Shown piece after piece: positions 13,279 to 24,548 of a stretch of DNA of 64,000 bases. The stretch is from Octopus sinensis (lineage: Eukaryota), in NCBI RefSeq assembly GCF_006345805.1, contig NC_043024.1, forward strand, positions 9,920,001 through 9,984,000, given 5' to 3'. The stretch's first letter is position 1; every line of letters begins with the position of its first letter. Below the pieces are notes generated by a model. It made no database searches. It had not been told where the DNA came from and worked only from the letters and a program-made list of their open reading frames with translations. The position numbers and the translations under genes are program-made.

Positions 13279-15624
13279 TTGGGGAAATTTCGAACCTGGG
13301 TTCTCATTCCTAAGGTATTTTTCAATGTTATTATTATTATTATCATTATTATCATTATTATTATTATTATTGAGTGAAAGAGCAGTGCATGCCATCAAAG
13401 TGACACTGGGGTAAAATATACGAAGCCCATCATGACTACCCGTCTGATATGTGCGTGACATGGTGATCTCATATCAAGATAAACAGCACATGACCTTGCA
13501 GGTGGGGCCCAGTTAGAATTTTCTTCTGGTTGAGTAGCCCATCCCGCTATTATTATTATTATTATTATTATTCAGGTCACTGCTTGGAATCGAACTCGGA
13601 ATCTTGGGGTTAGTAGCCCACACTCTTAACCACTACACCATATGCCCTTGGGCATATGGCAATTCCAGGCAGTGACCTGAATAATAATGATGATAATAAT
13701 AATAATAATAATTTATTTCTTTACTACCCACAAGGGGCTAAACACAGAGGGGACAAACGGATTAAGTCGATTACATCGATCCCAGTGCGTAACTGGTACT
13801 TATTTTATCGAACCCGAAAGGATGAAAGACAAAGTTGACCTCGGCGGAATTTGAACCCAGAACGTAACGGCAGACGAAATACGGCTACGCATTTCGCCTG
13901 GCGTGCTAAATACCTTAGGAATGAGAAATCAAGGGTTTGAAATTTCCCCCAAGACTCCTGATGAAGGTTGGAGGGTATACCAGCTGAAACGCTGTGTTAA
14001 CAACAAACAAGATGAGGACAAATATCCGTCGAATGTAAATAATGGACAAGTGTATTAGTTGCATGGTTTGGTGTGAATGACTAGTGCATTAGTTTCCTGT
14101 ACTATTTGCACAAATGGGTGTGAGTGACAGATGCACGAATGGGGCATTCACTGCATGGATGCAGCGTATGCTAGCTGCATGTCATGGCATGTCATAAATG
14201 ACCGGTGCATTAGTTGCATCACTAAAAGGTTCACTTTTGCATGGTAGGGCATGGATGGGAGGTACAGTCATTGCAGGGATGATTGGTGCATTAGCTTTTT
14301 ACATGATGTGCATTCGCTGCTTGGATGACGACACCATTAGCTGCACAAACGACGCATGAATTAGACCTGTACCCAACAGCGTTCCATCTGTGACCATCCC
14401 ATATTATGACAACTGTTATGCTTTTGGGGTTGAATTTGTTGATGGCACCATTCTTGACCTTACATTCACATCTAGGACAAATGTATCTAGGATTCCATTA
14501 TTCAATGTATCGTTTCATGTTTTAAAACTGGGATTGTAGTGTGTGATTTAAGGGTGATTTGGTTGCAGTTTCTAACATTGCTGCTTCCTGGTTGCCTCAG
14601 TAAATACCAGTAACAAACCAGGGGCCAATTCATTTTTTTTTGCTTTTATTTTTGGACCCCACGATGTGAATGAGCCTTTCTTGAGAGAGAGAAACAGACA
14701 GATAGACAGAGATAGGGAAAGAGAGAGATGGAAAGAGGAAGAGAGATAGGACATCGTCCTAATATTTGGTTAGTGCTTTGTTCACTGACCCCTAAAGGCG
14801 TGAAAAACATCCTTTTGGGGTTGATAAATAAAGTACCAGTTTCGCACTGGGGTTGATATAATCGACTTAATCTGTTTGTCTGTCCTTGTTTGTCCCCTCT
14901 ATGTTTAGCCCCTTGTGGGTAGTAAAGAAATATATAATAGAAGACACTTGGCCAAGGTAGCACGCAGTGAGATTGAACCAGGAACTCTGTGGTTTTGAAG
15001 CAGACCTCTTAACCATTCAGCCACGTCTGCTCCTATTATATAACATAAATTGGATGATTATTGCTGTTGGCCTTCCAGCACACATAATTCCTATCAGGAA
15101 CTTCTCTGCATGTATCAGTGCACAGCATTGTTGCAACTGCGAGCAGCTGCAGGCGTTTTATGGAGTGGAGAGAAAGAGGGAGAGAGAGGAGAGAGAAGGA
15201 GATTGTAACCTCGTTTCTTTTTTAGATATATCGCAGTTCTGTTAATCTCGTTATTGTGTGGTTGTTACTTGTTTCTTGATTAACGAGAGGGCCATGTCTT
15301 GGAAATAGCATCAACGGGGAAAAATTAAAGATGTAAATAAAATAAATAGATAAATAAATATATAAATAAATATATAAATAAATATATAAATAAATAAGTG
15401 CTTCTTCTTATCTGCGATTGAGATTGTGTGTTGCAGTAACAGCTGCAATCTGCAACAACAGCAGCAGCAGCAGCAACAATAGCGGTTGCAGTAGCTGCAG
15501 CAGTGTTGCTGCTGTTTCGTCATTGTTCCTGAAGAAATTATGGTATCGATGAGGTTTCAGATGAGAATGAGGGAAAGATGAGATGGGTGGAGCAAGAGGA
15601 TGAAGAAATAAGGATGTTAGTTCT

Positions 15625-16347
15625 TTAACCCTTTCGTTACCAACCCGGCCGAAACCGCCTTTGGCTCTGTAGTACAAATGTCTTGTTTTCGTAAGTTCTG
15701 AATTAAAATCTTCCACCAAACCTTAGTCACAATTTATGTTCCTAACACTAGTTTAATGATAACTAAGTTATTTTACTAAATTCTTTGTTATATTTAAAAT
15801 AATTGAAAGAAACACAGACCATCTTAACAGAAATATGGTAATAAAAGAGTTAACAAATGATTAATTTAACCCTTTTGATACCAACCTGGCTGAAACAGCC
15901 TCTGGCTCTGTCGTACAAATGTCTTGTTTTCGTAAGTTCTTAATTAAAATCTTCCACCAAACCTTAGTCACAATTTATGTTTCTAACACCAGCTTAATGA
16001 TAACGATGTTATTTTACTACATTCTTTGTTATATTTAAAGTATTTGGAAGAAACACAGAGCATCTCAAAAGAAATAGGGTAACATAAAGGTTAAGGATAT
16101 ATAATAGAGAAACAATTCTTAACCCTTTTGATACCAAGCCGGCTGAAATAGCCTCTGGTTCTGTAGTACAAATGTCGTGTTTTCTTAAGTTTGGAATTAA
16201 AATCTTCCACCAAATCTTAGTCACAATTTATGTTCCTAACACTAGCTTAATGATAACGATATTATTTTACTAAATTCTTTGTTATATTTAAAGTAATTGA
16301 AAGAAACACAGAGCATCTCAAAATAACTACAGTAACGAAAGGGTTAA
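15625..16347. mobile_element. Three tandem piggyBac-type MITEs (about 229 bp each)
   Basis: Units 15625-15853, 15866-16094, 16119-16347; TTAA-CCCTTT...AAAGGG-TTAA termini. Confidence 0.8.
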
Positions 16348-16709
16348 ATACAGTGAATTGGTGTGTGTGAGTGCGGGGGGAGGGATTGGTTTAGCAGACT
16401 TATGATCCGAGGCATTCCAGCCACGATCATCCTGTCTGAACAGAAATAAGCAGTGCTGTACAATTTCTTACTCTCTCTTTACTCTTTTGCTTGTTTCAGT
16501 CATTTGACTGCGGCCAGGCTGGGGCACTGCCCTGAATTTTTAGTCGATTGAATCGAACCCAGGACCGATTCTTTGCAAGCATAATACTGGTTTTATTGGT
16601 CTCTTTTGCCCAACTGCTAAGTTACGAGGCCTCAAAAACTCCAGCACCGGTTGTCAAACGATGATGAAGGGGACAAACAGATATAAAGACACACACACAC
16701 ACACACACC

Positions 16710-16762
<53 letters not shown>

Positions 16763-16764
16763 TA

Positions 16765-17156
16765 CTCTTTTACTTGTTTCAGTCATTTGACTGCAGCCAT
16801 GCTGGAGCACCGCCTTTAGTCGAGCAACTCGACCCAGGGACTTATTCTTTTTAAGCCCAGTACTTATTCCATTGGTCTCTCCTGCCGAACCACTAAGTAA
16901 CGGGGACATAAACACACCAGCATCGGTTGTCAAGCAATGCTAGGGGGACAAACACAGACACACAAACACACACCACACACATATATAATATACATATATA
17001 CGACGGGCTTCTTTCAGTTCCGTCTACCAAATCCACTCACAAGCTTTGGTCGGCCCGAGGCTATAGTAGAAGACACTTGCCCAAGGTGCCACGCAGTGGG
17101 ACTGAACCCGGAACCATGTGGTTGGTTAGCAAGCTACTTACCACACAGCCACTCCT
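16765..17156 (-). mobile_element. SINE family A copy
   Basis: Reverse-complement match to the family A consensus. Confidence 0.8.
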
Positions 17157-17364
17157 ATGCCTATGTGTGTGTACAATCTCTGTCTTATATACTATAAAGA
17201 TTTTGTTTATCTCTCTCTATATAAAGCTGAAGTTGTCTGTGTATGGCAGGTTTGGTACCCTTAAACTAATACTATTTCCTCTCCTGTTACATCAACCGTT
17301 TCCTCTCTTCTAGAGAAAATCCATCAATGGCATGGAGCCTGAGTTGTGGTATTTAATTTGGTCC

Positions 17365-17758
17365 ACGCGCCGGGCAAAATGCTTAGCAGTATTTCATCTG
17401 CCGTTACGTTGTGAGTTCAAATTCTGCCGAGGTCGACTTTGCCTTTCATCCTTTCGGGGTCAATTAAATAAGTACCAGTTACGCACTGGGGTCGATGTAA
17501 TCGACTTAATACTTATGTCTGTCCTTGTTTGTCCCCTCTGTGTTTAGCCCCTTGTGGGTAGTAAAGAAATAGGTATTTCGTCTGCCGTTACGTTGTGAGT
17601 TCAAATTCTGCCGAGGTTGACTTTGCCTTTCATCCTTTCGGGGTCAATTAAATAAGTATCAGTCACGCACTGGGGTCGATATAATCGACTTAATACTTAT
17701 GTCTGTCCTTGTTTGTCCCCTCTATGTTTAGCCCCTTGTGGATAGTAAAGAAATAGGT
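17365..17758 (+). mobile_element. SINE family B tandem dimer (GCAGAATCGTTAGCAC...GAGTTCAAATTC...AGTACCAGTT...GTAGTAAAGAAATA)
   Basis: Two near-identical units; other copies at about 140-350, 1765-1930, 13690-13910 (-), 14780-14935 (-), 27270-27600, 42745-43015 (-), 56845-57070. Confidence 0.75.
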
Positions 17759-18586
17759 ATTTATTTTGTTTCTCTATATTCTGAGTTCAAATCTTGCCCA
17801 AGTCAACTTTGTTTTATTTCCTTTGAGGGGCAATAAAGGAAGTTCCAGTTAAGAACAGTAGATTAATGAAGAATTGGACAAATTGGTTTGTGGTATATTT
17901 GACCCTGGTCTTCGGGTTTTATATTCTTGTGTAGCAGATTTAACCTTTCCTTACCAAAATTCCTGTTAAAACAAATTAGTATGTTTTAATTGTAGTGTTA
18001 ATTAGTGTATTTTAATTATAGTGAAGGCACATGAGGTAGTGAGTTCAAATCCCAGACTGTGTGTAGTGTTGTGTTCTTGAGCAAGACACTTTATTTCACG
18101 TTGCTCCAGATCACACATCTGTAGAAATGAGTTGTGATGTCACTGGTGCCAAGCTGTATCGGCCCCTTTGCCTTTCCCTTGGGTATCATCAGTGGCATGG
18201 CGAGGAGCAGCTGGTATGCATGGGCGATTGCTGATCTTCCATAAACAGCCTTGCTCGGACTTGTGCCTTGGAGGGGAACTTTCTGGGTTCAATCCCATGG
18301 TCATTCATGACCGAAGGGGGTCTTTACCCCTTGTTTTAATTAATTTTGGTAATGATGAAGAATTTAGAAAAAGAACTTTATCATTTCAGCGGTGGTGCCC
18401 CAGCATGGCCGCGGCCTTCAGGCTAAAACATTTTTAAGGATTTAAGGATTATTAAACTGGAGCCTGAAACATAAATTAACATGAAATTTTAATGAAAGAT
18501 TTTAATTCAGATTACTTTAAAATAAGGAGCCAATATCAAAGATCCATGTGTAATCTCAAGTGTGGCAGTTGGTCCCAAAGGGGTTA

Positions 18587-19222
18587 ATCCATTACCCAAT
18601 TCAACACCATTTTCTGGTCCTTAGGGGCCTTTTAAGGTGTTCATTCTGTTACATATATTTGAGGCCAGGTTTCTGGTTTCAGAATAACTTTCTTTTTTTT
18701 TTTTTTTAAGGGGTGAATCCATTATCTAATTCAACACTAGTTTCTGGTTCTTAGGGGCCTTTTAAGGTGTTCATTCTGTTACATATATTTGAGGCCAGGT
18801 TTCTGGTTTCAGAATAACTTTCTTTTTTTTTTTTTTTTTAAGGGGTGAATCCATTATCCAATTCAACACTAGTTTCTGGTTCTTAGGGGCCTTTTAAGGT
18901 GTTCATTCTGTTACATATATTTGAGGCCAGGTTTCTGTTTCAGAATAACTTTTTTTTTTTTTTTTTTTTCGGGTGAATCCATTATCCAATTCAACACTAG
19001 TTTCTGTTTCTTAGGGGCCTTTTAAGGTGTTCATTCTGTTACATATATTTGAGGCCAGGTTTCTGGTTTCAGAATAACTTTCTTTTTTTTTTTTTTTTTT
19101 AGGGGTGAATCCATTATCCAATTCAACACTAGTTTCTGGTTCTTAGGGGCCTTTTAAGGTATTCATTCTGTTACATATATTTGAGGCCAGATTTCTGGCT
19201 TCAGAATAACTTTTTTTTTTTC
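18587..19222. repeat. Five tandem units of about 130 bp, each with a variable poly(T) run
   Basis: Units start at about 18587, 18717, 18849, 18977, 19109. Confidence 0.92.
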
Positions 19223-19353
19223 TTAACCCTTGCCAGTCTTGAAGGGTCTGGAAAAATAAAGTACCATAGATGGTGCCCTTCCCTCTCTGGATAAATGGTA
19301 AAACTGGAATAAAGATTAATCTAATGTAATTTTTTTTTGTTCCTTTTTTCTAG

Positions 19354-19448
19354 AGCTGAACAAGGAGGAAAGTGCTTTCCGTAGTGGTTCCATCACACCT
19401 GATGGATTAATTGACGAGGATTTTGAAAAAGAACTTGGTCCGTCTCAG
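19354..19448 (+). CDS. ARHGAP1: ARHGAP1-like exon (acidic N-terminal region, [31 protein letters not shown])
   Basis: Polypyrimidine tract with TAG acceptor and GTAAGG donor; phase 1 in, phase 0 out, in frame with the next exon; weak homology on its own. Confidence 0.7.
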
Positions 19449-20483
19449 GTAAGGGTAGTTTGTTTTTTTTTACTTTACTGAGGCATGACTGCCTTAATAA
19501 TAGTAGTATTAAAGGATTATTATTATTATAAATAATAATCCTTTCTACTATAGGGAGAGGGGCCTGGTTGATTATAATCAACCCCAGTGTTCAATAGGTA
19601 CCTATTTTATCGACCCAGAGAGGATTAAAAGCATTGTCAGCTTTAGCAGAATTTGAACTCAGAACATAAAACCTGGAGAGATGCTGCCAAGTATTTTGTC
19701 CAGCTTGCTAACAATTTGTGTATGCGTGTATGGGTGTGGCTGTGTGGTAAGTAGTTTGTTTACCAACCACATGGTTCTGGGTTCAGTCCCACTGCGTGGC
19801 ACCTTGGACAAGTGTCTTCTACTAAAGCCCCAGACAAAACAAAGCCTTGTGAGTGGATTTGGTAGATGGAAACTGAAAGAAGCCCATTGTATATGTATTT
19901 GTTTTGTTTTTGTTTTTGTTTTTCCAGTTTCAGCTCTTGAGCTGTGGCCATGCTGGGGCACCGCCATTGTGGTGAAAGAGTACAGCAGGGATCACCACCC
20001 CCTGCCGGAGCCTCGTAGAGCTTTTAGGTGTTTTCGCTCAATAAACACACACAACGCCCGGTCTGAGAATCGAAACCGCGATCCTGCGACCGCGAATCCG
20101 CTGCCCTAACCACTAGGCCATTGCGCCTCTATATATATATAGTGTGAAAGCACATGGCTCAATGGTTAGAGCGTTGGGCTTACGATCGTGAGGTTGTGAG
20201 TTCGAATCTCGGACCGGGCTGCATGTTGTGTTCTTGAGCAAGACATTTTATTTCACGTTGCCCCAGTTCACTCAGCCTTAGAAATGAGTTGCAGTGTCAC
20301 AGGTGCCAAGCTGTATCGGCCCCTTTGCCGTTTCCTTGCATAACATCAGTGGTGTGGAGAGGGGAGGCTGGTATGCATGGGGGACTGCTGGCCTTCCATA
20401 AACAATCTTGCCCGGACTTGTGCCTGGGAGGGTAACTTTCTAGGTGCAATCCCATGGTCAGTCATGACCAAAGGGAGTCCTTA

Positions 20484-20516
<33 letters not shown>

Positions 20517-23500
20517 TATACAATGAGCTTCTTTCAGTTTCTATCTAACATACATACAGTAATCCTCTGACTATCGCAGGTGTTACGTTCCAAAACCCCC
20601 CACAATAGGTGAAAATCCGCAAAGTAGGAACAGTACTAAACTTTATATTTTTTTTTTTTACTAATTTTATTTGTATATATTTATTTAATTATAAATGCAA
20701 AACAACACCACAGAGGAATCAACGTAAACGTGTCCACGGGTGTTAGACAGGTGGAGTTTGAAAAGGTGCTCAGAGTTATTATTTGTAAGATGGTTAATAA
20801 TTTTATGGTTGTCTGCCAAGTCAGCTGCCAGACGTCGGAGTTTCAATGTAAACTTTGGGATTAGTTTACGTTAAGTTTTTAATTAATGTTAATTATTTTT
20901 TCAGGTACAACAAGATGAACAAGAACAAGGAGAATTCAGTGATGTTTCTCGCTATGGCATTGTGGAAATTGCTGGTAAGTCTGTTACGTTGGCATCGAAT
21001 AGAAGACCGAGAGTGTCAGGTGGTTGCTATCAGCTCAACAGAAACAGATTCTTCCTTACTCTTTTGCTCTTTTACTTGTTTCAGTCATTTGACTACGGCC
21101 ATGCTGGAGCACTGCATTTAGTTGAGCAAATCGACCGCAGGACTTATTCTTTGTAAGCCCAGTACTTATTCTATTGGTCACTTTTGCCGAACCGCTAAGT
21201 TACGGGGACATAAACACACCAGCATCGGTTGTCAAGCAATGTTGAGGTACACACACACATATATACATACATATATACGACAGGCTTCTTTCAGCTTCCG
21301 TCTACCAAATCTACTCACAAGGCATTGGTTGGCCCAGGGCTATAGCAGAAGACACTTGCCCATGTGGTTGGTTAGCAAGCTACTTACCACACAGCCACTC
21401 CTGCGCCTACTGTCGACCACTTTTTAATAAACACACTAGACAGCAGCATCTCTCTCTCTCTACCCTCAGCTTCCTCTTCAAATGATATTTGAAGAAATCG
21501 ATGAGGTCTTGACCAGATAGGAATGTGCCTGTCTTTAACCCTTTAGCATTTAGACCGGCCATATCCGGCCAAAAGCATTCTGCCTGTTTTACGTTCAAAC
21601 TGGCCAGATCTGGTCTCTCACACCAACCTTACAATATCTTTTAAAAAATTAACAGCTACCTCATCAAAATCTCATAGCTACAAGATAATGCATGATTAGT
21701 TCAAGACAATCATCATCATCATCGTTTAGCATCCGCTTTCCATGCTAGCATGGGTTGGATGGTTCAATGGGGTCTGGTAAGCCAGGGGCTGCACCAGGCT
21801 CCAGTCTGATCTGGCACTGTTTTCTACAGCTGGATGCCCTTCCTAACGCCACCATTCCGGTGTAGTGGGTGCTTTTATGTCCACCAGCACAGGTGGCCAG
21901 GGGAGTCTGGCAAGCGGCCACGATCGGTTGGTGTCTTAATGTGCCCCAGCACAGAAGCCAGTCAAGGCGGCGCTGGCATCGGCCATGTCGGATGGTGCTT
22001 TTACGGTGCCACCGGCACAGAAGCAGTGGATAAAAAAGGATTAATTTTGGCCGAATAATGTGAACTCTAAAGGGTTAAACCTTTCATATGAGTCCACCAC
22101 ACAGCCCCTTTTGCCACAGTCCCTAAGCAGAGAAAGACCTGCCTTCGTTATACCCTCGGCTGGCAATAATGATGATAGCTGTTGTAGAAATTCCTATGAA
22201 ATCGCTGCAAGCTTTTTAAATGTGTTGTTTGGCATAGTTTGAAATGTTTAAGAAAAGAAGACATTTTTTTTTTATCCTTTTCCTCCTTTTTTTAACCATT
22301 TTCCTCTATTTTTTCTTCAACAGGAGACGATGTTTATGGGAGAAAAGTCATAATATTTTCTGCCTGCCGATTACCATCGAGTAAAGTGCTGGACCACAAA
22401 CGACTGCTGGCGTAAGTACTCCTTTTAAGGGTTTAGCCACAAGTTGCTTCACCACATACCGAAAATTTAGAAATAGCAGCCAAAAGACCGTTATTTCTTT
22501 TTCTAAACCCTTGTTGCTAAACCATTAATTAATGTTATAATTATATTAAAAAAAAACAAACACTTTTTGTATAAGTCTTTTACCGAATATGATTATTTTC
22601 CATACCGAAACTACTTAGTAAAATTTATTAATTGATAAATTAATAATTTTTTACCCTATATCAGTAATGATTATATATTATATATATATATTATATATAT
22701 ATATAGGAAAGGTTGTATGTATCTTTAATGATTACATATATTATATATATATATGGGAAAGGTTGAAACAGCTAAGACTCTACTCCCTGGAGAGGTATGC
22801 AGTATATATGTCTGGAAGATCCTGGAAGGAATTGTGCCAAATTTTGGCATTGTAAGCTACACCAATGCTAGAACGAGACGACACTGCATAGTGCCAAAGA
22901 TCCCGGCAATGCCATCACGCTTCAGGACCAGCTTCTGCAACAGCCTGGGTTTCAAGGGCCCACAGCTTTTTAATATTCTCCCAAAGAGTCTGAGGAACTT
23001 GCACAAAGTAGATGTAGCGGTTTTTAAATCAAAGCTGGACCTCTTCCTGTCAAGAGTCCCAGATGAACCTACCTCACGGCAAGAGGTGCAAATGAGAGTA
23101 GCTGTATCAAACTCCATTCTTCACCAAGTGCCACATATTAGACGAGGTTCGTCTCAATAACAGTGTAGCACAAAACGGCAGTGCATCAGCATGGCCGCAG
23201 CTCTGAGCTGAAACTAGAAAAAAAAAATAAGAGAAAAAAAATATATATATATACATATATACACAAACGTTATATGTCTATGATCTGTGGTTGTTACTTT
23301 CTTTGTAGCTACATCAAATACACCCTCGATCAATACGTGGAGAACGACTACACGGTCATCTACTTCCATTACGGCTTGAACAGCCGAAACAAACCCAAGC
23401 TTACTTGGCTACTACACACGTACATGGAGTTTGACCGCAAGTAAGTCAGCCTCCTCCTCCTCGTCATCATCACCACCACCACCATCATCGTTATCACTAC

Positions 23501-24499
23501 CGCTGTCATCATCATCACTATCATTACCATCACAGTCATTATTACTGTCACCACCACCACCACTATCATTGTTACTCTTGCCACATTTATCAAGCATCAT
23601 CGCCAATACAATCATCATCATCATCATCATCATCATCATTACCAACAACAACAACACAAGCAATTCCAGGATGATGGACTCTCCCATCGAAGATGGCGTA
23701 TGAGCGTTCAGTCTTTTTGCAGAAAGATCTGCACAGCTGATCTGTTTACCGTGGTCCAATGTTTGTGCCACACCTAAGCTCAGTCTCTCCATCAAATCGA
23801 CATTTTGTGAACAGGTGCACAGCGTACCATGTATTAGGTGTCTGTAACACAACCTAAACAAAACAATCCACAAATACAAGATACACTCTATACAGCAAAT
23901 ATCCAATGAAATAAACTACCACCAGCAAGCTAGATAACCAACACGCAACACACACAACATACAGTACAAACACTAATGCAACAAAAAAACTGTACCTCTG
24001 AATTAGAGTTTGCACCCTCCCAACAACAGAAAAAAAGACACATAATACTACACACATGCATGCAACATGGCAGTGTAGCAGGTGACAACACAGTAGACAT
24101 TTGCTTGAAATTACCAAATGTTGAACAATGATAATAATGTGAAGTATATTTGCCACTTAAATGTGGCTAGCCACTAAGGGTGGATGTTACTGTAGCTTGT
24201 AGCCCCAGGAAAACATCCTCTCCAGCTGGCTATTGACACACTTTCTGTGCCCAGTCGGTATTTGCAAAGGGAAGCCATCCTTCCCATCGTCGAACTCACG
24301 TGATACGCACGGACCCGGGTTTCTGGGTATTTACCCGTCATCAGTGCACAACAATCACCGGTCTTTGATGCGAAGGGGTCCGAATGCAAACACATACATC
24401 CTTTTTCCAGTGACGAAAAGTCACTGGTCTTGAAAAAGATTGTCACATTGTCATGCAGTTACTGTTTATACCTTGTTCAGATATTTATTAATGATGATG

Positions 24500-24548
<49 letters not shown>

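Noticed and set aside
13573-13647. Functional tRNA gene (also the SINE heads at 20143, 28792, 45790, 59940)
   Set aside because: These lack a proper acceptor stem and 3' end and continue into repeat bodies or AAT tails, so they are tRNA-derived SINE heads.
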